Made by a program: the position numbers and the translations under genes. Positions 11,977 to 23,745 of a stretch of DNA of 64,000 bases are shown here, in pieces. A model generated the notes under the pieces. It was given only the letters and a program-made list of their open reading frames with translations, made no database searches and was not told the origin of the DNA. The DNA is from Macrostomum lignano. Taxonomy: Eukaryota. Positions within the stretch are counted from its first letter, which is position 1. Every line of letters starts with the position of its first letter. The stretch covers positions 1-64,000 of the forward strand of contig NIVC01001221.1 in NCBI GenBank assembly GCA_002269645.1, written 5' to 3'.

Positions 11977-12609
11977 TCACTGAGGCCTGTTATATCTCCG
12001 AGCGGAATGCCCGCTTTGTCCCCTTTTCCTGGCCTTGGGACTGGCGTCCCCGTCTGCAGTGGCCGCAGCGAACACGGAGCTGGCGGCCATCAAGTTCTCA
12101 ATGTACTGCCCGAGAATCCGATTCTCGCTGCTAAGTTTGATATTCTCCTCTTTAACAGTTTCAACTCGTTGGCTCAAATCGTCAAGCGTGGACTGCAGCT
12201 CAGCAATCTGGGTCACCAGGCGCAGTTTCTCCTCCCCTTCCGTTTCGCCGCCCTCCAGATGTCCGGCCGAGTCAGCATTGGAGCTGGTAGCGCCAGCTCC
12301 AGTGAGAGCCGATACCGATGAAGCTCCACCCGATGCGCCAGCAGCTTCCAGGGCTGCAGACGACGATGTGCCATATTCGGCAAATCTGCCGCTTTGAGAC
12401 GAGTAACGCAACGTCTCGGACCAATGCTGCATCCATTCGGGATTGGAGTTGGGCAGGGCTGAGCTACCAGCTGCTTCAATGGAAGATGTTGGCAGCAGTG
12501 CTGGCTGCTGTTGACTGCTCAAGTCCTGCTTGGCTGGCTGCTGAGAATCAGGACCTGATTCAGAGTCACTTTCCAATGCTATCACTGTCATGTTGTTTTC
12601 TGACATCAT
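11977..12609 (-). CDS. SCOC: Short coiled-coil protein (SCOC family; UNC-69/Slo1-like), 210 aa, single coding exon
   Basis: C-terminal [55 protein letters not shown] matches the SCOC coiled-coil signature, including the GQYIENLM motif. ATG at 12609 lies 29 nt after a good acceptor (tttgatttatctacag). Confidence 0.92.
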   Translation of the reverse strand: MMSENNMTVIALESDSESGPDSQQPAKQDLSSQQQPALLPTSSIEAAGSSALPNSNPEWMQHWSETLRYSSQSGRFAEYGTSSSAALEAAGASGGASSVSALTGAGATSSNADSAGHLEGGETEGEEKLRLVTQIAELQSTLDDLSQRVETVKEENIKLSSENRILGQYIENLMAASSVFAAATADGDASPKARKRGQSGHSARRYNRPQ

Positions 12610-15132
12610 TTTCTTGCTTCTTTTTTACTGATAGACAGCTGTAGATAAATCAAAGCATTGAGTTAAGTTACATTTGACTTGAAATTGACATTAAAGGATT
12701 AGGTTTTTTGAGAATCAGAGAGCCAATTAGTGCAAAATTTAAAGTAGTATAATCATAATTTACTGCTATGGGAAATGAGACTTAATCACAAATTTAGACT
12801 GAGTGCTTGTCTACTCCTAAGCATTAGTTTTAGAATACTTGCAGGTAGGCTATTAGCCTATTAGGCAGAGGCATAGCCAGAAATTTTTCACTTTTTTTTA
12901 TAGTCAAAATAATTTAATTTATAAGTATGCCAAAGATAGCCAGGATGATAAAACTATTTTAGATATATAACTAATTATTTTATACACATTAAAAAGTACT
13001 ATATTAACCATACTTGACTATGCTATTCATAGAAATTCTTAAGTCTAAAAGATGGCAGTTTTCTCAAAAGAATTGTATCATATAGTCTAGAAAGTGGCCT
13101 TTGCCATTTAAAATTCTAGTACATAAGGGTCCCTATCATGTGGTATAAAAGTATACTCATACAACCTTAATACACACTAGAAGTCTGGTATAAAACTATT
13201 CATCTATGCAACTAGAATTGGGTAATATTTCCAAGTTGACAAAAGTCACCAAAGTGTTGGGTGACTTTATTGGCAATTGACAAAGTGACCAATGACTAGG
13301 TATCCTCATTTGCTATGTACAATAATTGTTATCAATGATGTTGTTTTAATTATTACCTTATTTTATCTAAAACAATCAAATTCAACATTTAACTTCACCA
13401 TGAGTACTGGATGTACAAAGGTAAGATGTTCTCATACAAATATTCTATGCAAATGCATTACCTATGCACATTCAACTCTAATCCTAGCCTAAATGCATTT
13501 ATGCCTTATGAATCTTGCATATTTATACATTATATGACTAAATATATGTCCACATAGGTCATTTATCCCATCAAAACACATAGTTGAATGTTGAGGACTG
13601 CTAATAGTCTCTAGAGTTGAGAATATTTGCAAGCACATAAGAAGGGACTTATTGGGGATCTATATGAAGGCCCCTACCTAAAGCATTATGTATGATTCAC
13701 ATATATCATACTATATTAGGTTATTTCAGCCTGTCATGCTTAATAATAATAGTTTTAAATCTAGATTTATACCCCACTATTGCAAAATCATCCTATACTA
13801 ACAATCCAAACTGTTAAATTGGAAGTCCTATGACTCCTATTAGAATCACAATTAAATTTGTTGTTTCCTTAAACTCTATATAATTTTTGCCAATTCTATA
13901 GTAGGCTACACTTTCCAACAGAAACAATTTGGCTAACCATATGCCTTATATTGCTTATATATTCACCTATTGCTTATATAGCACTGTTCTATAGCCCTAT
14001 AGGCTAGAGCTAGAACTTCATTATTTATAAATATTTATTTATTTAGGGCTTAGTATATATAAAAATGATATCCCTTGGTCTTGGGCTAGTTTATTAAGTG
14101 AATTTAGTGTAGATGTCTGGCGCAGTTAAGCCATTAGCCATGTACTGCAATAGGCCAGGATGTCACTTAGTTATAAATTAAAGAAGGTTATATTATAGAA
14201 CTATTTGAATATTTGTTACATTAGCTATAATTCATATTCACAATTTAAAATTTACAAGTGGAGGGTGGATGGGTATAAAAGGCAATTAGAGAGAACAAAA
14301 GTACAGTAAACAGACTAGGCAAGGTAAGGTAAGGTGTACAACCATGGCATAGTAGGCTACAAATTACAAAACGCACTGATGCACAAAGGTTAAAGCATTC
14401 CCTGCCCTTTGGTACATGATGCATAGCAATCATAAGACAAATAAGTTAAAAAAGATGATTAATGATAAAAGTAGACTACAGTTTAGCCAATACGAGTTAA
14501 TAATCCAAATATTTTTTGTTTGCTAATAAATAATAAATAATTTATCTTTGTTGTTGACTTTAGCGAATATTTTCTATGAAACTGCTGAACTTGAATCCGC
14601 GTAAGTTGAAATTTTTGCACGATAATATGTCTGTATAAGTAAAGCAATGCAAGATGCTAAGCTTTATATACTTCTAGTGCTAGTAAAATGAAGTGATGGT
14701 TTACGATTATTATTTCTTGTTATTTTTATTTTTTAGGATTATTAAATTGTTATAACTATAACGTGTAAATTTCGAAATTTGTCGCGTAAGTTTGAATCTG
14801 AAATTTCTTAGAAGCAGACACAGCTGTCTGCAGGCTGTCAACATAAGTATAGTAGAATGTAGATGCTGCAGTAATATAACTTTAGAAGTAGCAATCTCTA
14901 CTATCGCGTTCTATTTTGCCAGTTTCTGTTTATGATCACCTTATATTTTGCTCATTGTCGTGCAAAAATTGTGTGTTCAAAACTGGCTGATAAAAAATAT
15001 GCAAAATTGAAACTGCAGTTTGTTGGATGATGCTTATAATATAGAAATGAATCTAATTCAGTTTGTAGCATAAAAGCCAAATATGTTCATTTTTGAGCCT
15101 TTTTAATATTCTCTATATTGCAGAATATGAAT

Positions 15133-15589
15133 TAAACACATTACAAACATACCAACAGTTCCAATTCCAATATACAAGCAAAGCCTAGCTAGCATACATC
15201 TACTATCATATGTAAATCTTGTATATAAATAGGAAACACAAGTCACAACTTTGTGTTAAAAAATGGTATAAAATTCTTAATAACAAAACTATAGCTTATG
15301 CCTGGTTAACATTTAGCCATAGGCATACAAAAGCAGAGGCCAACTCCTCTATTGGAGGAGAAAGGGGAAGAACTCCTATCACTGGAATCCATCAGCTGAA
15401 TCCTATGACTATGACCCGAATCCTATCATCCAAGTCCTCTTTAAAATCCATTAAAATCCTCTTCGTGAAACAGAAATCCATAAAAATCCTTTCTTTCAAA
15501 CAGGTTTGTTATTTATAAAAACTCTCAGTCAAACAGATATTCATAAAAATTCTCTCAGTGAAATAGCTATATTCATCAAAATTTTCTCT
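15133..15589 (+). repeat. Left copy of a 457-bp direct duplication flanking the non-LTR element
   Basis: Apparently identical to 17257-17713 on manual comparison (offset 2124). The ORF track shows the same 99-aa translation at 15219 and 17343. Confidence 0.93.
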
Positions 15590-17171
15590 CGTTTTCACCA
15601 AGCGCCGTAAGTGGGAGATGAAAAACCTCACTGTCTATGGCAGAAACATCCCCTTCAAGAAGGAGGTCAAATACCTCGGTGTGACGCTAACGCATGACCT
15701 GCGCTGGACGAAGCACCTTGATAACGTCATCGGTCGGGCAAAACGCTGCTTTGCCCAGCTGCGCAGAGCCATCGGGCCGACTTGGGGCCTCTCGCCTAGA
15801 ACGGTCCGTTGGATTTATACCGGCATCATCCGGCCCAGTATCACATACGCGAGTCTCATCTGGACTAGCGTGCTGGAGCAGAAGGCCGCCCGTCAGCGGC
15901 TGTACCAGCTTCAGGGCAGCATTTGCCGTGCCATCACAGGTGCGTACCCGTCCACCCCTTACGAGGGGCTGAACACTATCCTTAACCTACCTCCGCTTCA
16001 CCTATTTATTAGGGCGGAGGCTATGAAGACTGCCTCCCGGCTTATCAGAGATAAAACGTTAAATAACGCGCCCTCTGGCTTTATGCCAATGAAAACATTA
16101 ATCCCGCATATGGACTTTGTCCGCCGCGACCTTAACAACATCCACATGGACCTGGGCAATGTGGATAGTCGACCTCCCGCCCTCAACATCAGGAGGGGCT
16201 TCAAGACCGCCATCCCTGGCCGAGACAACATTCCGCTGGATGTCGGTGTGAACCGGCGCAGCCAGGGCATTCACTGCTTCACCGACGGCTCGCTGTTCAA
16301 CGGCCGCACTGGAGCGGGTATTGCCATTTTCCACGAGGGTAAGATGCTTCTCCAGGAAAGTCTGCACCTCGGTGAGAACACCTCAGTTTTCCAAGCTGAA
16401 ATTTGCGCCATCGAGCAGTGTGCCCAGCAACTGTTTCAGGCGAACATTAATAATTTTGACATTAATTTCTACACTGATAGCCAAGCTGCTATTAAGGCCT
16501 TAACCACTGAGAATATCTCCGCTGCTACAGTATCTCAATGCCACCGCAGTGTGCAATCTCTCTCAGTCCTTAACAGGATTAGAATTATCTGGACACCTGG
16601 TCACAGCAACATCCTGGGCAACGAGCTCGCAGACTCTCTCGCCAAGGAGGGCAGCAACCCAGACGGCAACCACCGTCTGATGAGGCTACCCACTCCCAGG
16701 TCGCAAGTCACCCGCCATATCAACAGGTGGCTCCATCAGCAGCACCAGCTCCACTGGAACAGCTGCACCGAGTACAGGCAGAGCCGCTCTGCCATGCCTA
16801 ACCTGAACAGGAAAGTCTCTGATTATCTGATTTCGCTTAACAGAACCGACCTCAGGGAGATGTGCATGGTCCTAACCGGCCACGGATTCTTCCAGAGACA
16901 TATATCGTTGCAAACCGGTTGCCCTCCCACCTGCCCCTTCTGTGGCATAGGAGAGGAGACCGCGGAGCATCACGTCACCTTCTGCCCTTACTTCAACAAG
17001 GCGCGGCACAAATACCTCGGCCACCCCCAGCGGATGGACGAGCTGACCACCGCGGACAATATCCGAGACCTCCGCGCCTTCGTCCGGGACTCCGGCCGGA
17101 TGAGGGTCGCCGATGCCTCCACTGCGGACCTGCCGACTACTGGCGGGGACTGGGCGCACCCCCAAGGCTAA
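15588..17171 (+). CDS. C-terminal part of retrotransposon ORF2 (RT end, thumb, RNase H, C-x2-C-x8-H-x4-C finger), uninterrupted
   Basis: Motifs [72 protein letters not shown] (D-E-D-D catalytic residues intact) and [18 protein letters not shown]. Confidence 0.93.
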   Translation, partial: LVFTKRRKWEMKNLTVYGRNIPFKKEVKYLGVTLTHDLRWTKHLDNVIGRAKRCFAQLRRAIGPTWGLSPRTVRWIYTGIIRPSITYASLIWTSVLEQKAARQRLYQLQGSICRAITGAYPSTPYEGLNTILNLPPLHLFIRAEAMKTASRLIRDKTLNNAPSGFMPMKTLIPHMDFVRRDLNNIHMDLGNVDSRPPALNIRRGFKTAIPGRDNIPLDVGVNRRSQGIHCFTDGSLFNGRTGAGIAIFHEGKMLLQESLHLGENTSVFQAEICAIEQCAQQLFQANINNFDINFYTDSQAAIKALTTENISAATVSQCHRSVQSLSVLNRIRIIWTPGHSNILGNELADSLAKEGSNPDGNHRLMRLPTPRSQVTRHINRWLHQQHQLHWNSCTEYRQSRSAMPNLNRKVSDYLISLNRTDLREMCMVLTGHGFFQRHISLQTGCPPTCPFCGIGEETAEHHVTFCPYFNKARHKYLGHPQRMDELTTADNIRDLRAFVRDSGRMRVADASTADLPTTGGDWAHPQG

Positions 17172-17256
17172 TCCTTGTGCTCTTTTACCTTGGGGTTGCG
17201 ATAGGGGCCTCGCGGCCTATTCGCGGCGCCTGCGCCCCCCGTCAGTAGTAAGTAAG
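15590..17256 (+). mobile_element. 5'-truncated non-LTR retrotransposon with RNase H (R1/LOA/I-group; most like LOA/Lian type)
   Basis: Begins mid-RT (VFTKRRK...EVKYLGVTL...W..H), then thumb, RNase H and a CCHC finger. A short 3' UTR and a (TAAG)n-like tail follow at 17245-17259. Confidence 0.93.
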
Positions 17257-17713
17257 TAAACACATTACAAACATACCAACAGTTCCAATTCCAATATACA
17301 AGCAAAGCCTAGCTAGCATACATCTACTATCATATGTAAATCTTGTATATAAATAGGAAACACAAGTCACAACTTTGTGTTAAAAAATGGTATAAAATTC
17401 TTAATAACAAAACTATAGCTTATGCCTGGTTAACATTTAGCCATAGGCATACAAAAGCAGAGGCCAACTCCTCTATTGGAGGAGAAAGGGGAAGAACTCC
17501 TATCACTGGAATCCATCAGCTGAATCCTATGACTATGACCCGAATCCTATCATCCAAGTCCTCTTTAAAATCCATTAAAATCCTCTTCGTGAAACAGAAA
17601 TCCATAAAAATCCTTTCTTTCAAACAGGTTTGTTATTTATAAAAACTCTCAGTCAAACAGATATTCATAAAAATTCTCTCAGTGAAATAGCTATATTCAT
17701 CAAAATTTTCTCT
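17257..17713 (+). repeat. Right copy of the 457-bp duplication
   Basis: Starts directly at the element's tail and continues into the 30-bp minisatellite. Confidence 0.93.
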
Positions 17714-18070
17714 GTGAAACAAAAATCTATGAAAATCCTTTCCATGAAACAGAAATCCATCAAAATCCTCTCTGTGCAATAGAAAGCCCTTAAATTCCTC
17801 TCTGCAAAGCAGAACTCTATCAAAATCCTCTCTGTGAAACAGAACTCTATCAAAATCCTCTCCATGAAATAGAACTCCATCAAAATCCTCTCCGTGAAAC
17901 AGAACTCCATCAAAATCCTCTCTGTGAAACAGAACTCCATCAAAATCCTTTCCATGAAATAGAACTCTATCAAAATCCTCTCTATGAAATAGAAATCCAT
18001 CAAAATCCTCTCTGTGAAATAGAACTCCATCAAAATCCTCTCTATAAAATCAATATTCATCAAAATTCAC
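17665..18070. repeat. 30-bp minisatellite (CATCAAAATCCTCTCTGTGAAACAGAACTC)
   Basis: Tandem units are visible, with a 10-aa periodicity in ORF 17665-18063. Confidence 0.9.
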
Positions 18071-19670
18071 TCTGTTTAATGAATGTCTATCAATATCTCC
18101 TTCAAGCAAAAATCTATTAATTTAATCAACAGTAGTCTATTAAATTGGAGTGTATTATAAAAACACTTTTTATTTGTTTGTCTGGCTTTAATAAATGCAA
18201 GAAAAGGATTCACTGGTTAGGGAGGCACAATGCTACCTATTAAAAGGTGCCAATAATAAAAAATTGAACCAATTAATTGCAAAATCAATTTTTCAGTCAG
18301 TTAGTATCAGTCTCAGTTAAAGTTAACAAAATGATTGCGCAATCTAAATCAACGTTCAAATACATAGCAGCAATTAGAAGTTGAAGCCCCCAAATGTATA
18401 GATTGCATCTTGCAAAAATGAGTACAATCTTTGCAGAAAGTTGAAAGTATGGAAATTGTTTTTTGAATGCTGTGCTTTTATTTTTTATACTTAAGCAAGC
18501 AACTTATATCAGCATTGAAAGATTTTTCTAGCAATAAGTCTTCTCTTAAAGTTCAAAACTCGAGGAATAGTTTGCATTTGAAATTTCCCAGTTTAAAGCA
18601 TTGGATTTTTAGTGTACATTCACTTTTCACTGCCTGCTATAGTGAGAGGCTCGCAAGTTTATGCATTAAATTTCAGTGTCCACCAGTTAGCAAGGGTCCA
18701 AGTATACACACGCAGCCACTTAGAATGCCCCTATCCCCCACTGGGAAAGAAAATACACTTCTGAGATAGGAAAAATTTGTGGCGCAATCACTCAAAATTG
18801 ATAGAAATTTTCAGTTCAGATGAGAAAAAGTGGCCAAAGAAGGTTAAGAAAACAGTTTTCTGCTTTTTTAACAGACTTAGTTTTAAAAATTTCAACATTA
18901 AAATAGCCTATATGTTGTGTAGGAAAATTCTGCATTGATATATATAAGTTTTGCATTTGAGTTGGCAGCCATCTAGGAGGAGATACGCATTAAACCCGGC
19001 TGGTCAATTGATCCACTCAGCTCCATTGGTTTTTAAAGTTTTATTTTTGACTAGCATATATACGAGTATATATTTTAGTTGATACACTTTATTAGCATAT
19101 TTCATTTACATATATTTTCTTAGCTAGCCAAATGCTTTCTAGTATATGCAAAATGCAAAATCAATCTGCAATATGGGTTATACTTATAAAACAATAGATA
19201 AGATTAAGGATTGAATCATACCATAATAAATAATATGTCTAGAACATGTCTTTTTTCTTGCTTGCATAAAAATATCAGTATTTTTAAAGCTCACTAACTG
19301 ATAGATACTAGTTGAGTTTAATGACAATTATTTTTTACCCAAAAGGTTCAAGTTTGATGATTAAGTCTTTGATAGAAATATTAATTGGAAATTTTAGTGT
19401 TATTATATTTATACAAAATAATTATACCATTAATTTAAAGAAATAAATGGCTAATAGATGACTCATGACTCATTCCCTGACTATGCCACTGTTCAGGATA
19501 GCCTAGTCATACATATGAAAACTAGAAAATTTAATACCTAGCTGAGGAAATTTACATTTTACAGATAATGCTACTGATTAAAAAACTCCTTGTTTTCCTA
19601 CTACTGGTAGACTTTCTCAACAGTAGTATATGTACTAGCGATTGCAGATCCAGCTAAAGACAGGGCAGTG

Positions 19671-22600
19671 ATGAATTTGTCAAAAAGCGGCAGTCAGCAG
19701 GCTCTGGCGCCTGCCGAGCGGTACGAGACCTGCCCGATGTGCAGCACCTGCGTGGTGGAGAGCCGCCTCATCTGCCAGGCCTGCGTTCGTATGGGGAACT
19801 TTACTGCAATTCGAGATGATGTCACCTTTGCCCAGTTGCAGGTGAGCAGATGTGGGCTCGGGCTCTTAGGGTACATTGGGACTCCCAATGTAAATCCCCA
19901 GTTGATGGGCCACCAGCCTCCCAGAGTGTCAGTTGCCGGTGCAGACTCCCAGATCCTCAGTTGCCGGGCCAGGCTCCCAGATCCTCAGTTGCTAGGCCAG
20001 CCTCCCAGAGTGTCAGTTGCCGGGGCAGGCTCCCAGATCCTCAGTTGCCGGGCCAGGCTCCCAGATCCTCAGTTGCTAGGCCAGCCTCCCAGAGTGTCAG
20101 TTGCCGGGGCAGGCTCCCAGATCCTCAGTTGCCGGGCCAGGCTCCCAGATCCTCAGTTGCTGGGCCAGCCTCCCAGAGTGTCAGTTGCCGGTGCAGGCTC
20201 CCAGATCCTCAGTTGCCGGGCCAGGCTCCCAGACCCTCAGTTGCTGGGCCAGCCTCCCAGAGTGTCAGTTGCCGGGGCAGGCTCCCAGATCCTCAGTTGC
20301 CGGGCCAGGCTCCCAGACCCTCAGTTGCTGGGCCAGCCTCCCTGAGTGTCAGTTGCCGGTGCAGGCTCCCAGATCCTCAGTTGCCGGGCCAGGCTCCCAG
20401 ACCCTCAGTTGCTGGGCCAGCCTCCCAGAGTGTCAGTTGCCGGGGCAGGCTCCCAGATCCTCAGTTGCCGGGCCAGGCTCCCAGACCCTCAGTTGCTGGG
20501 CCAGCCTCCCTGAGTGTCAGTTGCCGGGCCAGGCTCCCAGATCCTCAGTTGCTGGGCCAGCCTCCCAGATCCTCAGTTGCCGGGCTAGGCTCCCAGATCC
20601 TCAGTTGCCGGGCCAGGCTCCCAGACCCTCAGTTGCTGGGCCAGCCTCCCTGAGTGTCAGTTGCCGGTGCAGGCTCCCAGATCCTCAGTTGCCGGGCCAG
20701 GCTCCCAGATCCTCAGTTGCTGGGCCAGCCTCCCAGAGTGTCAGTTGCTGGGCCAGGCTCCTAGATCCTCAGTTGCTGGGCCAGCCTCCCAGATCCTCAG
20801 TTGCCGGGCCAGCCTCCCTAACCAGCACTGAGGCCTCGCACTGCCCCGCCTCCCGGTCCCGCAGGCCCTGCAAAGCGAGCTGATCTCACAGAAAGCCAAT
20901 CTCGAGTCGCAGACGGAGGCGGTCGCCAACCCTTCGTCGTCACCGTCTGCCAGCTCCGCCCTGTCGCGCCGCTGCGAGAGCCGCCTCCGCTTGAAGCAGC
21001 TTCGGCGCGCCCTGTCCGACGCACGCGAGGCCGTCGGCGCCGAGCGCTCGCGTCGCTCCGCAGCGCGCCAGGCGTGCGCGGCGCTGAGCCGAGAAGTGGA
21101 GGCCTACAGGCGGAAGACGGCAGATCTCACAGCCGGTCTAAACAGCCTTCGCGATCGCTACAATGCTGGGCGGGCGCGAGCCGAGCGCGCCAGACATGGC
21201 GCTGCTAAAAAGGCGCGCAGTGTGTGCCGATTGATTGCGACTGAGGTGAGGCCTTGTAGCTGTAGCTTGAGATTCTCATTCAATTCTCATAACCCCGTCT
21301 CATGAGATTCTCGTCACCCAGTCTTATGAGATTCTCATCACTCAGTCTTATGAGATTCTTATCACTCAGTCTCATGAGATTCTCGTCACCCAGTCTCATG
21401 AGATTCTCATCACAGTCTCATGAAATTCTCATCACTCAGTCTCATGAGATTCTCATAACTCAGTCTCATGAGATTCTCATCATCCAGTCTCATGAGATTC
21501 TCATCACCCTGCCTCATGAGATTCTCATCATCCAGTCTCATGAGATTTTCATCATCCAGTCTCATGAGATTTTTATCATCCAGTCTCATGAGATTCTCAT
21601 CACCCTGCCTCATGAGATTCTCATCATCCAGTCTCATGAGATTCTCATCACCCTGTCTCATGAGATTTTCATCACTCAGTCTCATGATAAGGTTATCATC
21701 GCCCAGTCTCATGAGATTCTCATCACCCAGTCTCATGATGAGATTCTCATCACCCAGTCTCATGATGAGATTATCATCACCCAGTCTCATGATGAGATTC
21801 TCATCACTCAGTCTCATGAGATTCTCATCACCCAGTCTCATGGTGAGATTATCATCACCCAGTCTCATGATGAGATTGTCATCACTCAGTCTTATGAAGA
21901 GATTATCATCACCCAGTCTCATAATGAGATTATCATCACCCCGTCTCATGAGATTCTCATCACTCAGTCTCATTTAATTCTTATAACCCAGTCTCATGAT
22001 GAGATTATCATCACCCAGTCTCATTTAATTCTTATAACCCAGTCTCATGATGAGATTATCATCACCCAGTCTCATGATGAGATTATCATCACCCAGTCTC
22101 ATGATGAGATTATCATCACCCAGTCTCATGATGAGATTCTCATCACCCAGTCTCATGATGAGATTCTCATCACCCAGTCTCATGAGATTCCCAGTCTGCT
22201 CATTCTCAATCTCATCTCACTAAACGTCCGTGCTCCCATCCCGGCAGGTGTACAACCTTCACGAAACGGAGCGCAGCATCGTGCATCACCGTCTGCGCCT
22301 GCCGCCTCTGTCCAGCTTCCCCAGCCGCAGCTTGGAACCGGCTCCCGAGACCTACCAGGCCCTCCTAGCCGCCAGCTCCCTGCTGCAGGCGCTGACCGCC
22401 TGTCTGGCCACCTGGACCCCGTTCCAGCCGGTGCCGATCACCTTCATGCGCAGCCCCTGTCCCGCGACTCCGTGAACGCTCAGCACGCCAAACTGCAGGT
22501 GGCTCTGCACTCTCTGTGCAACCGCTACCATCACTGCCTGGCTCTGTACGCGCCTGGCGACCCACTGCTGACCCTGTGCCGGCTGCTTGAGTCTTCTCAA

Positions 22601-22942
22601 CTAGGCGTGGAATTCGCCAGTGCATCATCAACTGAGAAAAACGACCACCAACTAACGAATGAGGTCGAGCCGCAGTGCGTACAAGTAGGCTATGATCCTA
22701 TTCACGTCAGAGCTGAATGGGAACTGCCCGCTGTCATTGGTAGCACCACTTCCAGTCTGCACGATGCCTCTTGTTCTAGTAGGCTGTTGCCGTCGCAAGC
22801 TTTTTTCCCAGCCTCGCCTGCGGCTGGCAGAGTCGACGAAGGCGACGACGACTGGGTTGAAGTTGACGACGGGTTCTCTATCCCGGTGGACGAGAGCTGC
22901 TACGAAGGTCGCTCGGCGTTTCTGACATCGTTGTGGCGTTGA
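19671..22942 (+). CDS. ATG14: ATG14/Barkor-like PI3K complex I subunit; exons 19671-19841, 20865-21245, 22248-22942 (frame switch near 22431-22453)
   Basis: N-terminal cysteine pair CPMC...CQAC followed by GNF (human CPLC...CAKC..GDF). Exon 2 is coiled-coil-like. The C-terminus has an acidic LIR-like DDDWVEV and a terminal amphipathic RSAFLTSLWR. All junctions are GT-AG in phase 0. Confidence 0.82.
19907..20822. repeat. 28-bp minisatellite in ATG14 intron 1, reverse complement of the 9888-11893 array, organised as an 84-bp (3x28) higher-order unit
   Basis: GGCCAGCCTCCCAGATCCTCAGTTGCTG is the exact reverse complement of the first array's unit. ORF 19668-20345 shows a 28-aa periodicity. Confidence 0.95.
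21290..22205. repeat. 24/27-bp minisatellite (TCTCATGAGATTCTCATCACCCAG) filling ATG14 intron 2
   Basis: Tandem units with palindromic core TCTCATGAGA. Confidence 0.93.
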
Positions 22943-23049
22943 CTGATTGATTGATTTTGTCATTACCTGGCTTTTGTGATCCTTGAGAGTTTTATGGTTT
23001 TAGCGTTATAAGCAATTTTTGATTTGCATGATTTGTAATTATGGAATTC

Positions 23050-23745
23050 GGGATCTCTACTATTCACTATCGAGATCTCTGGGATTAACAACCGAGATCT
23101 CTGAAGGATTAACAATTGGGATCTCTGAGGTATTAACAATTGGGATCTCTGAAGGATTAACAATTGGGATCTCTGAAGGATTAACAATTGAGATCTCTGA
23201 GGGATTAACAATAGGGATCTCTGAAGGATTAACAATTGGGATCTCTGAGGGATTAACAATAGGGATCTCTGAAGGATTAACAATTGGGATCTCTGAGGGA
23301 TTAACAATAGGGATCTCTGAAGGATTAACAATTGGGATCTCTGAGGGATTAACAATAGGGATCTCTGAAAGATTAACAATCGGGATCTCTGAAGGATTAA
23401 CAATCGGGATCTCTGAGAGATTAACAATTGGGATCTCTGAGGGATTAACAATTGGGATCTCTGAGGGATTAACAATTGGGATCTCTGAGGGATTAACAAT
23501 CGGGATCTCTGAGAGATTAACAATTGGGATCTCTGAGGGATTAACAATCGGGATCTCTGAGAGATTAACAATCGGGATCTCTAGGACTCACAATCGAGAT
23601 CTCTGGGATTAACAATCGGGATCTCTGAGGGATTAACAATCGGGATCTCTGGGATTAACGATCGGGATCTCTGAGGGATTAACAATCGGGATCTCCCGGA
23701 TTAGCAATCGGGATCTCCCGGATTAACAATCGGGATCTCTGGGAT
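23050..23745. repeat. 24-bp minisatellite (GGGATCTCTGAGGGATTAACAATT)
   Basis: Tandem units with an 8-aa periodicity (TIGISEGL). Confidence 0.93.

Noticed and set aside
15133-17713. The 457-bp direct repeats as LTRs, and the twin 99-aa ORFs as genes
   Set aside because: No TG...CA ends, primer-binding site, polypurine tract or integrase. The internal ORF is non-LTR type with a 3' tail, and the repeat continues into a host minisatellite.
18730-19030. Possible DNA-transposon remnant upstream of ATG14
   Set aside because: No matching second terminus or TSD could be found by eye.
21302-22942. 546-aa ORF as a single gene
   Set aside because: Its first ~315 codons are the intron 2 minisatellite and only the part after ~22450 is ATG14-like.
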